From contig JASKLF010000008.1 of NCBI GenBank assembly GCA_030153785.1, positions 23,753 to 87,752 on the forward strand: a stretch of DNA of 64,000 nt, given 5' to 3'. Shown here piece by piece: positions 1 to 9,088 of this stretch. Both the position numbers and the translations under genes were made by a program. Position 1 is the stretch's first letter. Every line of letters starts with the position of its first letter. Source of the stretch: a bacterium. Its GTDB lineage: Bacteria > Synergistota > GBS-1. A model generated the notes under the pieces. The model was not told the origin of the DNA. It saw nothing but the letters and a program-made list of their open reading frames with translations, and did not search any database.

Positions 1-1
1 G

Positions 2-1117
2 GTTACCCTTGAGTTTAGAAATGCTGATGTAAGAGATGTCCTTAGGGCTCTTGCCAAAGCTGTTGAAGTTAATATTATTATTGATCAAGAGGTGTCAGGT
101 AATATTACTGTTGCCTTCACCGATGTTCCTTTTGCTCAGGCTTTTGAGTGGGTTTTGAAACTTTCTGGTTTAAGTTATAGAAACTTGGGATATACGCTAG
201 TAGTAGGTAAGGAAGAGAGACTTAAAGAGCTTTTCGATAGGAAGGATACAAAAGTTTTCTTATTATCAAACGCTATGGCGTCTGATATTGTAAAGCTGGT
301 CTCATCTATGACAGGGGTGGAAAATATAGCTGTTGATCCGAGAATGAACGCTCTTATAGTTAAGGGTTCCCCTGCGGATATTGAGAAAGTAAAGGATGTT
401 ATAGATCTTTTGGACAAAGAGGTTCCTCAGGTCATGGTTGAAGCTCGACTTGTTGGTGTTTCCCTTGAAAGCGGTAAAAGCCTTGGATTTGTTTTGTCTA
501 ATGTTTCTAAGGGTAAGTTTTACAACATAAGTGTGGATCCTACTTCTCAAATAACTATAAGCTACAGTAGCGATGAAAAAGCGGCGGCAGCATTCGATGC
601 AACTATAAATGCTTGGATTTCTTCTGGAAAGGCAAAGGTTCTTGCTAGTCCGAGTGTAGCCACTTTGAGTGGATTAAAGGCAGTGATTAACCTGACGCGT
701 GATTATAAATATTATAGCAGAGTTGAAGAGATTCAAGATAGCGAGAGAACTATAACTCAGAAATGGGAAACAATTACATATGGTCCCCAGCTTATCATTA
801 CTCCTTATGTTGGAGAGGATAATAAGGTAACCCTCGATATAGATATTGATGTGAGTATAGTTACAAGATGGATAGAATATGCTGGTCAAAGGATACCAGA
901 GATAGGTCACAGAAAAGTTACAACTAAGTTAAGAGTAAAGGATGGTCAGCCTATAATAATCGGGGGGTTAATTACGGAAGAAGATATTAAGAACTTGTTT
1001 AAGGTTCCTCTATTGGGAGACATACCTTTTATAGGCCACCTTTTCAGAAGTGAAACCTCCTCTCGTATGAGAGAAGAGGTAGTTTTAATTGTTACCCCGA
1101 GGATTCTAAAGAATTAG
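2..1117 (+). CDS. pilQ: Type IV pilus / T2SS secretin PilQ (5' truncated by the window edge)
   Basis: The frame is open from base 2 (VTLEFRNADVRDVLRALAKAVEVNIIIDQEVSG, an N0/STN-like domain). It continues through an N3 domain (VDPRMNALIVKG), PQVMVEARL and the secretin C-terminal motif KVPLLGDIPFIGHLFRS...EVVLIVTPRI. It lies directly upstream of pilB/pilT/pilC. Confidence 0.88.
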   Translation, partial: VTLEFRNADVRDVLRALAKAVEVNIIIDQEVSGNITVAFTDVPFAQAFEWVLKLSGLSYRNLGYTLVVGKEERLKELFDRKDTKVFLLSNAMASDIVKLVSSMTGVENIAVDPRMNALIVKGSPADIEKVKDVIDLLDKEVPQVMVEARLVGVSLESGKSLGFVLSNVSKGKFYNISVDPTSQITISYSSDEKAAAAFDATINAWISSGKAKVLASPSVATLSGLKAVINLTRDYKYYSRVEEIQDSERTITQKWETITYGPQLIITPYVGEDNKVTLDIDIDVSIVTRWIEYAGQRIPEIGHRKVTTKLRVKDGQPIIIGGLITEEDIKNLFKVPLLGDIPFIGHLFRSETSSRMREEVVLIVTPRILKN

Positions 1118-1128
1118 GTGATTTTAAG

Positions 1129-2793
1129 ATGACAAAGAGAAAAAAATTGGGAGAGCTTCTGGTAGAGGCTGGTGCTATAACTCAGGCACAGCTTGCGAGG
1201 GCTCTAGAGGAACAAAAGAGAACAGGTGAAAGGCTTGGGGCTATACTTGCAAAGCAAGGTGTTATAAGTGATAAAGATATCGCAAGCGTTATAGCAAAGC
1301 AATTAGGTATTCCGTTTATTTCTCTAAGGAAGGAAAAAGTAAATCCTAAGGTTTTAAGTATGGTTCCCGAGAGCTTTGCGAGAAGAAATCTTTTAATTCC
1401 GATCGATATAAAGGATGGCAAACTTCTTGTTGCTATGGCCGATCCTTTAAATGTTCTCGTTAGGGATGAGTTAGCTTTACTGACGGGATATGACGTGGAT
1501 GTTTGTGTCGCTCCAAGTAGCGAGATTAAACAGCTTATAGAAGAGCTTTACGGGGTGAGAGGTAAGGTGGAAGCCTTAGTTCGTGAAAGGGAGGAAGCGA
1601 GAGAGGAGCCTGCTTTGCCTGATACGGAGATAAATGATGAAGAACTTGCCCCCGTTATTCAGGTGGTTAATAGCATTATATCTCAGGCTATACGCAGGAG
1701 AGCGAGCGATATCCACATAGAGCCTCAAAGTGAAGGGGTTCTCGTTAGATTCAGGATTGATGGAGTCTTAAGGCACGTCATGGAGTTGCCTAAAAGTGTA
1801 CACGCTCTGGTAACTACAAGGATAAAAGTTATGGCAGGTATGAATATAGCCGAAAGAAGACTTCCTCAAGATGGGAGAATTTTTATATCAAGTGATGGTA
1901 GCAATATAGATTTAAGGGTTTCCACTCTTCCCACAATCTTCGGCGAGAAGATAGTAATGAGAATTCTTAATAGAGAAGATATACTAATTGGTTTGGACAA
2001 GCTGGGGCTTTGGGATGACATGTTGGATGAAATTCGTAGGCTGATATCTAAACCTTATGGAATGATCCTTGTAACCGGTCCCACGGGAAGCGGTAAAACT
2101 ACCACGCTTTATTCAATATTAAAGGAATTGAACACAGTTGAAAAAAACATAGTTACTATTGAGGATCCCGTAGAATACCAACTTGAGGGAGTGAACCAGG
2201 TTCAGGTGAATGAGAGGATAGGGTTAACTTTTTCTAACGTTCTTAGAAATATCTTGAGGCAAGACCCCGATATTATAATGGTTGGAGAAATCAGGGATGT
2301 AGAAACTGCTGAGATAGCGGTAAGATCGGCTTTGACGGGCCACTTGGTTCTTTCTACCTTGCATACGAATGATGCTCCAAGTGCTATCACACGACTCATA
2401 GATATGGGAGTTGAGCCTTATTTGGTTGCCTCTTCTCTTATAGGTGTTATAGCTCAACGTTTGGTTAGAAGGATCTGCCCTCACTGTAAAGAAAGTCGGA
2501 CCGTCGAAAATGGGGATATTTGGGTAGCTGAGGGATTGCCTCCTGGCAGTGTATACTATGTTGGTAAAGGATGTGAAGAGTGTGGGGATACAGGCTATAT
2601 GGGGAGGACGGGAGTATTTGAGCTGATGTTGATAAGCGAAGAAATTCAGCGCTTGACAGTAGAAAGGGCTTCCGCTTCTAAAATAAGAGAACAGGCTATA
2701 AGGGAAGGCATGGTTACACTTAAGGATGATGGGGTAAGGAAAATTAGGGCTGGGGTTACAACACCAAGTGAGGTAATGAGGGTGGTGTTTTAA
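1129..2793 (+). CDS. pilB: Type IV pilus assembly ATPase PilB (GspE/PulE family) with MshEN-like N-terminus
   Basis: N-terminal KKLGELLVEAG...RLGAIL repeats, ASDIHIEP, Walker A GPTGSGKTTT, LRQDPDIIMVGEIRD, TGHLVLSTLHTN and Zn motif CPHC...CEEC. Confidence 0.93.
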   Translation: MTKRKKLGELLVEAGAITQAQLARALEEQKRTGERLGAILAKQGVISDKDIASVIAKQLGIPFISLRKEKVNPKVLSMVPESFARRNLLIPIDIKDGKLLVAMADPLNVLVRDELALLTGYDVDVCVAPSSEIKQLIEELYGVRGKVEALVREREEAREEPALPDTEINDEELAPVIQVVNSIISQAIRRRASDIHIEPQSEGVLVRFRIDGVLRHVMELPKSVHALVTTRIKVMAGMNIAERRLPQDGRIFISSDGSNIDLRVSTLPTIFGEKIVMRILNREDILIGLDKLGLWDDMLDEIRRLISKPYGMILVTGPTGSGKTTTLYSILKELNTVEKNIVTIEDPVEYQLEGVNQVQVNERIGLTFSNVLRNILRQDPDIIMVGEIRDVETAEIAVRSALTGHLVLSTLHTNDAPSAITRLIDMGVEPYLVASSLIGVIAQRLVRRICPHCKESRTVENGDIWVAEGLPPGSVYYVGKGCEECGDTGYMGRTGVFELMLISEEIQRLTVERASASKIREQAIREGMVTLKDDGVRKIRAGVTTPSEVMRVVF

Positions 2794-3851
2794 TGGGAGA
2801 ACTTTTAGAACTTATGTCAAAAATGGTGGAACTTGATGCCTCAGACTTACACTTAGCAGTGGGGTTGGAGCCAGTTTATAGAGTTCATGGCCGGCTTCAA
2901 ACCTGTGAAGGCTGGGAAAAACTTACCCCTTCTAAAATTGGAAAGCTTATCGATGAAATATTAGATCCATTTAGAAAAAAAATCTTTGAGGAAAATAAGG
3001 AGCTTGATTTTGCTTATGAGATAAAAGATAAAGCACGATATCGTGTGAATCTGTTTTTCCATAGGGGCGTTCCAGGTGCTTCTATAAGATTGATTCCTAA
3101 TAGAATAAGGAGCATAGAGGAACTCGGGTTACCTACGATACTTAAGGATTTAGCTACGAAACTTAGAGGTTTAATATTGGTAACAGGTCCTACAGGCAGT
3201 GGTAAGAACACCACCTTGGCCGCTATGATAGATTATATAAACGAAAATTTTTCTAGGAAAATTATAACAATAGAGGACCCCATCGAATATGTTCATAACC
3301 ACAAAAAGAGCCTCATAGTCCAAAGGGAGGTTGGTATAGACACCAATAGTTTTGCTTCTGCTCTTAGGCATGCTTTGCGACAGGACCCTGATGTTATATT
3401 AATTGGTGAGATGAGAGACCTTGAAACCATTTCGACAGCCATAACGGCTGCTGAAACAGGCCACCTTGTGATGGCAACTCTTCATACACCTGATGCGCCA
3501 CAGACCATAGATAGGATAATAGACGTTTTTCCTACTCACCAGCAAAATCAAGTTAGAGTTCAGCTGGCCAATGTTATTCAGGGTATAATTTCTCAGCAGT
3601 TATTACCTAAAAAGGGTGGCGGTAGAGTGGTAGCCGTTGAAGTGATGATAGCGACACCGGCGGTTAGAAACTTGATTAGAGAGGGTAAGATAGCACAGAT
3701 ATATTCCCTTATTCAAACGGGTTCCAAGTTTGGGATGCAAACGATGGACCAGGCTATAGCTAAGTTATATAAAAACGGTCTTGTGGAGAAAAACGTTGCT
3801 ATGGAGTTTGCTCATAATCCTGAAATCCTTGAGAAGCTAATCGGATTTTGA
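2793..3851 (+). CDS. pilT: Type IV pilus retraction ATPase PilT
   Basis: ASDLHL, GPTGSGKNTT, TIEDPIE, LRQDPDVILIGEMRD, AAETGHLV, and the PilT-type AVRNLIRE and GMQTMDQ motifs. Confidence 0.93.
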   Translation: MGELLELMSKMVELDASDLHLAVGLEPVYRVHGRLQTCEGWEKLTPSKIGKLIDEILDPFRKKIFEENKELDFAYEIKDKARYRVNLFFHRGVPGASIRLIPNRIRSIEELGLPTILKDLATKLRGLILVTGPTGSGKNTTLAAMIDYINENFSRKIITIEDPIEYVHNHKKSLIVQREVGIDTNSFASALRHALRQDPDVILIGEMRDLETISTAITAAETGHLVMATLHTPDAPQTIDRIIDVFPTHQQNQVRVQLANVIQGIISQQLLPKKGGGRVVAVEVMIATPAVRNLIREGKIAQIYSLIQTGSKFGMQTMDQAIAKLYKNGLVEKNVAMEFAHNPEILEKLIGF

Positions 3852-3863
3852 GGGTGATTTTAA

Positions 3864-5084
3864 GTGCCTTTCTACTTATATAGGGCTAAGACATCAAGTG
3901 GGGAGATAGTAGAAGGTAGAAGAGAAGGAGAAAACGAGAAATTTGTTTATTACAGGTTGCGAGAGGAAGGCCTTTTCCCTCTGTATATAAAAGAGGAGAA
4001 AAAACTTTTTTCAAGGGATGCTGGGGAAAGAGGAATTATTCTAAGAAGAGTTTCTATCCGAGATCTTGCTATACTAAGCAGGCAACTTGCGACTATGCTT
4101 AAAGCTGGTATGACCATAATTACAGCTTTAGATGTTTTATCTCAGCAGACTCCTAACCGCAGATTAAGAATGTCACTACGTTTTATAAAGAGAGATGTAG
4201 AGGAAGGGGTTTCTCTTGCTGAAGCGATGTCTAAGCATAGAGCTTTGTTTAGTGACCTTTATGTGAGCTTGGTTAGAGCTGGGGAAGCTGGTGGTGTGTT
4301 AGACGACGTTTTGGAAAGATTGGCTTTTCACTTGGAAAGGGAAAATGCGCTAGTTCAAAGGGTTAAAAGCGCAATGCGATACCCTCTTTTCGTTCTTTCC
4401 TTGGCTATAGTGGTTATCTCTCTACTTGTGGGCTTCATAGTTCCTAGGTTTATCACTATTCTTGAGGGTATAGGCGTACCCCTCCCAACTCCTACCAGAC
4501 TATTGGTATCTTTTACTTATTGGCTAGAAGCGAATTATTTTAAATTGCTTCTTATCCCCATTATTTTCTTGGTCTTAATAAGGTTTCTCAAGAATCATGA
4601 TAAGGCGTCTTATTTTTTAGACAAAGTCAAGCTTAAATTACCTGTAATTGGAAGATTGACTTTTAAAGTTACTATGGTAAGATTTTCAAGGACTTTGGCT
4701 ACTCTAAATGCTGCAGCGGTTCCTATCCTTGATTCCCTTGATATGGTTTCGAAGGCTGTTGGCAATAGAGTGATAGGTAAGGCCATATATCTGGCAAAGG
4801 AAGCGGTCCAAGAAGGACAAAGTTTAGCGGATGCTATATCGATTAGTAATGTCTTCCCTCCCATGGTCACTCATATGATTGCAGTAGGGGAAGAAACCGG
4901 AAACTTAGATGAAATGCTTCATAAAGTTGCCGATTTCTATGATGAGGAAGTAGACAATGATATAAGAAGTTTGTCTTCATTGATTGAGCCTATACTCGTT
5001 GTTTCATTGGGGGCGATTGTAGGTTTCATTGCTATTTCTGTTTTTATGCCACTATTTCAGCTTATTGGGGGACTTTCGAAATGA
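3864..5084 (+). CDS. pilC: Type IV pilus inner-membrane platform protein PilC (GspF family)
   Basis: Two T2SSF repeats (RQLATMLKAG...AGEAGGVL; VGEETGNLDEML...LIEP), three TM segments and operon context. Confidence 0.93.
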   Translation: MPFYLYRAKTSSGEIVEGRREGENEKFVYYRLREEGLFPLYIKEEKKLFSRDAGERGIILRRVSIRDLAILSRQLATMLKAGMTIITALDVLSQQTPNRRLRMSLRFIKRDVEEGVSLAEAMSKHRALFSDLYVSLVRAGEAGGVLDDVLERLAFHLERENALVQRVKSAMRYPLFVLSLAIVVISLLVGFIVPRFITILEGIGVPLPTPTRLLVSFTYWLEANYFKLLLIPIIFLVLIRFLKNHDKASYFLDKVKLKLPVIGRLTFKVTMVRFSRTLATLNAAAVPILDSLDMVSKAVGNRVIGKAIYLAKEAVQEGQSLADAISISNVFPPMVTHMIAVGEETGNLDEMLHKVADFYDEEVDNDIRSLSSLIEPILVVSLGAIVGFIAISVFMPLFQLIGGLSK

Positions 5085-6142
5085 AGAAATGGCAAAAGGC
5101 TTTTGAGATAGCTACTTTGAAAGGGTGCGACGCCTATATTATTTCTAACCCAATTAATATAAGATACTTGAGTGGTTATCGCGGAGAGGCTTCTATAATT
5201 GTCTTGACCGAAAACTCCTTCGAGCTTTTCACCGATTTTAGATGTCTGGAAGATGCTGAAAGAGAGTCTGTAAAAGATTGCCATGTTTACGAGGTTCCCG
5301 GTAATGTTAGTCTTATAGATTTCATTCTGAGCAGACTTAAGGGGAAGGGAATTAAGAAGGTAGCTTTTGAGTCAAGGCATGTAACTTATGAGTTTTTCGA
5401 AAAGCTCAAAACTGTCGTTGACCCTTTCCCTATATCTAATGGGGTGGAAAGTTTGAGAAAAGTCAAAACTGAGGATGAGATAGAGAAGATACGGAAAGCG
5501 GGCTTACTCGTTGTGGAGGGATACGAATGGCTTGCGGAAAACTTGAAGGCTGGTGTATCTGAAAGGCATGTGGAAATTCAATTAGAAGCCTTTCTTAAAA
5601 CTCTTGGGGCTGAAGAAAGGGCTTTTCCTTTTATAATAGCTGCGGGTGAGAATGGAGCTAAACCTCATGCTCGGCCTTCTTTAAGGGTTATAAGGGAGGG
5701 TGATTGTGTAGTTTGCGACTATGGCGTAATGTACGATGGTTATAATGTAGATGTAACTCGAACCTTTTTGTTGGGCAGAGTTTCATCAAAGGTTATGAAC
5801 GTGTATGAGAGGGTGAGAGATGTCCAAGAGCAAGTTTTAATTGCAATTAAGCCTGGTGTGGAAGTTAGAAAATTGCACGAGCTTTCTTTAAAGCTTCTTG
5901 GAAAGTGGGGAGAATTTTTCAAACATTCATTAGGTCATGGTGTGGGATTAGAGGTCCATGAAGCTCCAAGGCTTTCTATTAGTAGCGATGAGGTTTTAGA
6001 GGAGGGGATGGTGATCACTGTAGAGCCTGGGGTATATCTTAGGGGGGAGTTTGGTGTTCGTATAGAGGACACCGTTGTAGTCAGAAAAGATGGGGTAGAG
6101 ATTTTAACGCCAATTCCAAAGGAGGGAGTTCTATGTCTTTAA
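5081..6142 (+). CDS. Xaa-Pro aminopeptidase (M24B family, YqhT/PepP-like)
   Basis: Creatinase-like N domain, DYG...DVTRT, HSLGHGVGLEVHEAP and TVEPGVY...GVRIEDTV. Confidence 0.92.
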   Translation: MKKWQKAFEIATLKGCDAYIISNPINIRYLSGYRGEASIIVLTENSFELFTDFRCLEDAERESVKDCHVYEVPGNVSLIDFILSRLKGKGIKKVAFESRHVTYEFFEKLKTVVDPFPISNGVESLRKVKTEDEIEKIRKAGLLVVEGYEWLAENLKAGVSERHVEIQLEAFLKTLGAEERAFPFIIAAGENGAKPHARPSLRVIREGDCVVCDYGVMYDGYNVDVTRTFLLGRVSSKVMNVYERVRDVQEQVLIAIKPGVEVRKLHELSLKLLGKWGEFFKHSLGHGVGLEVHEAPRLSISSDEVLEEGMVITVEPGVYLRGEFGVRIEDTVVVRKDGVEILTPIPKEGVLCL

Positions 6143-6528
6143 AGGAAAAGGTAGCATATATAAAGGGTTTCATTAAGGGCGGAGGGGTGACAGAAAAAAA
6201 TTTTGAGGAAATAGTGAATTTGATAGTAGATGCTTTGGATGACGTGGCTTCCGTACTTGAGGAGTTAGAAAAGAACCAGCTTGACCTTGAGGAGTATGTA
6301 GAGTCCATTGACGATGATTTGGCAAATCTGGAGAAGGAATTTTGGGGAGAAGAAGGCGAAGCTGTTGAAGAAGAGTTCGAAGAGATAGAGTGTTCCAATT
6401 GTGGGGAGATGTTCTTTGTTCCGATTGAAGATTTGTATTCTGAGGAGGAAATAAGATGTCCAGTATGTGGGAAGGCTGTCGTTGTTGGGGAGGTAGAGGA
6501 GGGTGGAGATGGAAAGCAAGCATCCTGA
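6133..6528 (+). CDS. Acidic coiled-coil plus Zn-ribbon protein (CD1247-like)
   Basis: LKEKVAYIKG N-terminus, a very acidic helix (LEEYVESIDDDLANLE), CSNC...CPVC, and a good SD (aaggaggg). Confidence 0.75.
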   Translation: MSLKEKVAYIKGFIKGGGVTEKNFEEIVNLIVDALDDVASVLEELEKNQLDLEEYVESIDDDLANLEKEFWGEEGEAVEEEFEEIECSNCGEMFFVPIEDLYSEEEIRCPVCGKAVVVGEVEEGGDGKQAS

Positions 6529-6898
6529 TGTTAAGGGAGAAATAAAGATAAATGAAGACGTCATAGCCACTATAGTGGCTATGGCTTTGGCCGAAGTAAA
6601 GGGAATAAAGCCTGCTACGGGTGGAAGTTTTATAGAGGAGCTTGCTGAAAAGTTTGGTAAAAAGCCTACCCCGAGAGGAGTAAAGGTCGAAGTAGAGGAG
6701 GGGGAGGTTAGTGTAGACCTTTCGCTCACAGTAGAATACGGCATGAGAATTCCCAACCTTGTGTTGGAGGTCCAGGAAAAGATAAAAAACACCGTTGAAG
6801 AGATGACGGGTTATAAGGTTAGGGAAGTAAATGTGACAATTCAAGGGATACATCTTGGAAGGAAAGAAGAGAAAGAAGAAAGGGAAGGTGAGCTTTAA
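6509..6898 (+). CDS. Asp23/Gls24 family envelope stress protein (YqhY-like)
   Basis: GEIKINEDVIATI...GVKV...VDLSLTVEYG...VQEKIKNTVEEMTG...VNVTIQG. It sits upstream of nusB as yqhY does in Bacillus. Start at ATG 6509 or GTG 6503. Confidence 0.9.
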   Translation: MESKHPDVKGEIKINEDVIATIVAMALAEVKGIKPATGGSFIEELAEKFGKKPTPRGVKVEVEEGEVSVDLSLTVEYGMRIPNLVLEVQEKIKNTVEEMTGYKVREVNVTIQGIHLGRKEEKEEREGEL

Positions 6899-6907
6899 GG
6901 ATATACC

Positions 6908-7318
6908 TTGAAAAGGAGAAGGGGAAGAGAATTAGCTTTACAAATTCTTTATCAGTTTGACTTCAGGCCAAGGCTTACATATGATAAGGCGTTGAAAAGC
7001 TTGCCATTAGAATTAGAACTGCCAGAGGTAAAGTCTTTTACTGAAGAGATAGTTAAGGGCGTTCTCGATTTTAAGGAAGAAATAGACAAACTTATAGAGA
7101 AGCATACGGTTGGGTGGAAGATAGATAGGATGGCTTCTGTAGATAGGAACATTTTAAGAATTGCTCTATATGAGATACTTAGACGAAGGGAAGATGTTCC
7201 CCTTTCTGTCGCCATAAATGAAGCTGTGGAGCTTGCCAAAAAATATGGGACCGAGGAATCTAGTAAGTTTGTAAATGGTGTTTTAGCGAAAATAGTTCGT
7301 GAGGAAGGATTGGAATGA
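6908..7318 (+). CDS. nusB: Transcription antitermination factor NusB
   Basis: RRRGRELALQILYQ, DRNILRIA and AINEAVELAKKYG...FVNGVL. Confidence 0.96.
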   Translation: MKRRRGRELALQILYQFDFRPRLTYDKALKSLPLELELPEVKSFTEEIVKGVLDFKEEIDKLIEKHTVGWKIDRMASVDRNILRIALYEILRRREDVPLSVAINEAVELAKKYGTEESSKFVNGVLAKIVREEGLE

Positions 7319-8109
7319 ACAAATACAAGAAGAAGTTTTTAGGAAGACTAAAATATAGATATAATCTATGGCGTCCTTTGGGGCAAGCCATGGATGACTA
7401 TAAGATGATACTTGATGGAGAAAAAATAGGGGTTGCCGTTTCTGGAGGTAAAGATAGTATAGTTCTTCTGGACCTTCTTTGGAAGCTACTTAAGTTTGCA
7501 CCAATAAAGTTTGAAATTTACTGTTTAACCCTAAATATGGGGTGGCAGGGGTTCGACCCTACACCCATAGAGAGGTTATGCGAAGAGAGAAATATACCGT
7601 TTTTCTACATGGAGACAGAAATAGCAAAGGTTCTCGAACTTAAAAAGGAGAAAGACCCATGTTCTTTGTGTAGCTCGATGCGTAGGGGGGCTTTATATGA
7701 ACTTGCGGAAAAAGTAGGTTGCCATAAAATAGCTTTGGGGCATCACCTTGACGATATCATTACGGCTTTTATGTTGAGCCTCTTTTTTGCGGGTTCTTTG
7801 GAAACTAGCAGACCTTGGGTTCGGTCTGAGTGCGGTAGGTTTGTCATTGTTAGGCCTTTAGCCTATGTTAGGGAGGATGTGATTGTCTCCTATCACAAGG
7901 AGATGGGGCTTCCCTTGGTGGAAAGTAATTGTCCTTATGCTACTTCTAATTATAGAAGCGAGATGAAAAAGATTCTTGCCGAGCTTGAAAAGTTAAATCC
8001 CAATGTTAGAAGTTGTATCCTTAACGCTTTAAAGAAAGGAGGGCTGTTGGATCCAATTGAGCGTGGAAAGATTGATTTGGGAAGCGAGGGAAGCCTTAAA
8101 TGGGTGTGA
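7315..8109 (+). CDS. ttcA: tRNA 2-thiocytidine biosynthesis TtcA-family PP-loop protein
   Basis: VAVSGGKDS, PCSLCSSMRRG, IALGHHLDD, VRPL and a downstream CP motif. Confidence 0.82.
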   Translation: MNKYKKKFLGRLKYRYNLWRPLGQAMDDYKMILDGEKIGVAVSGGKDSIVLLDLLWKLLKFAPIKFEIYCLTLNMGWQGFDPTPIERLCEERNIPFFYMETEIAKVLELKKEKDPCSLCSSMRRGALYELAEKVGCHKIALGHHLDDIITAFMLSLFFAGSLETSRPWVRSECGRFVIVRPLAYVREDVIVSYHKEMGLPLVESNCPYATSNYRSEMKKILAELEKLNPNVRSCILNALKKGGLLDPIERGKIDLGSEGSLKWV

Positions 8110-9088
8110 GGTAGTAGTTGCTCTTTCTGGGGGTATGGATAGCTCTTTGGTTCTCCATGTGGTTGCTAAGGCTGTTTCTAAGGATAAAGTTAGAGCTGTT
8201 ACTTTGGACTATGGAATCTACACTTATGATATATCAAAGATTTCCGCTAAAATGGTGGCAGAAGATGCTGGAGTAAGGCATTTTTTTATAGAAGCTAAGG
8301 AAGCTTTTGAGAAGGTTCATAAGCGAGGCCAAGCCTGTAATAGATGTGTTAGAACGAAATTGGCGATAATAAGGGAACATTTCCCTGGTTGTATAATAGT
8401 TACAGGGGCGAATCTAACTGATAGTTGGAGTAGGATAGGCGTAAAGCGTTTTAAGGATATATATGCCCCTCTTTTAAACCTTAGCAAATCTGAAATAAAG
8501 AGTTTTGCGGAGGAGCTCGGCGTCAGGTATTACAGAATAGGAGAGGGCGTTTCTAGGGAAGGATGTAAAGTAAAGCATTTATGGAAGCCTCTTGTTGCTC
8601 CTGAATACCATGGGATGGCCGTTTGCTTGGCTAATGATATTTTGTTGTCGTTTTTGAGACAGAACTCCTTTAATTTTAAGTTTGCTAACGTTAAAGTGGT
8701 AGGACCGCTGAGTAAAAATATAGCGCTTATTAATGTAAGTCCTCTTTTGCCTGATAGTCTTAAAGAAAAGCTCAGGGAAGAACTCCTTTCTGTTAGAGAA
8801 ATAGATGAAGTTTATTTCTTAGAGGGGAAGTATCTTTTGAAGGTTAAGGCAAATCCTTCTATCTATCTTGTTGAGAGCTCTAAAAGGGACTTGGAACAAG
8901 GAAAGTTCAAAAAGGAAGTAGCATGTGATATTGAAGTAGAATGGTTGCTCTCGGGGAATAAAAGGTTACGGACCTTCCATGTTGTAGATGCTGTTAAGGA
9001 GGTGCAAAAGGTTGGTTCCTCCAGCACTGACGTGGGAAAACGGATTTCTGTACATTTTGGACCAGAGGTTGCTTCCTCATGTTGTTGA
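8057..9088 (+). CDS. Uncharacterised PP-loop ATPase (ExsB/QueC/LarE-like) with CxxC...C motif
   Basis: ALSGGMDSS, TLDYG, ACNRC, TGANLTD, PLLNLSKSEIK and EGCKVKH. The exact start and function are uncertain. Confidence 0.65.
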   Translation: MSVERLIWEAREALNGCEVVVALSGGMDSSLVLHVVAKAVSKDKVRAVTLDYGIYTYDISKISAKMVAEDAGVRHFFIEAKEAFEKVHKRGQACNRCVRTKLAIIREHFPGCIIVTGANLTDSWSRIGVKRFKDIYAPLLNLSKSEIKSFAEELGVRYYRIGEGVSREGCKVKHLWKPLVAPEYHGMAVCLANDILLSFLRQNSFNFKFANVKVVGPLSKNIALINVSPLLPDSLKEKLREELLSVREIDEVYFLEGKYLLKVKANPSIYLVESSKRDLEQGKFKKEVACDIEVEWLLSGNKRLRTFHVVDAVKEVQKVGSSSTDVGKRISVHFGPEVASSCC

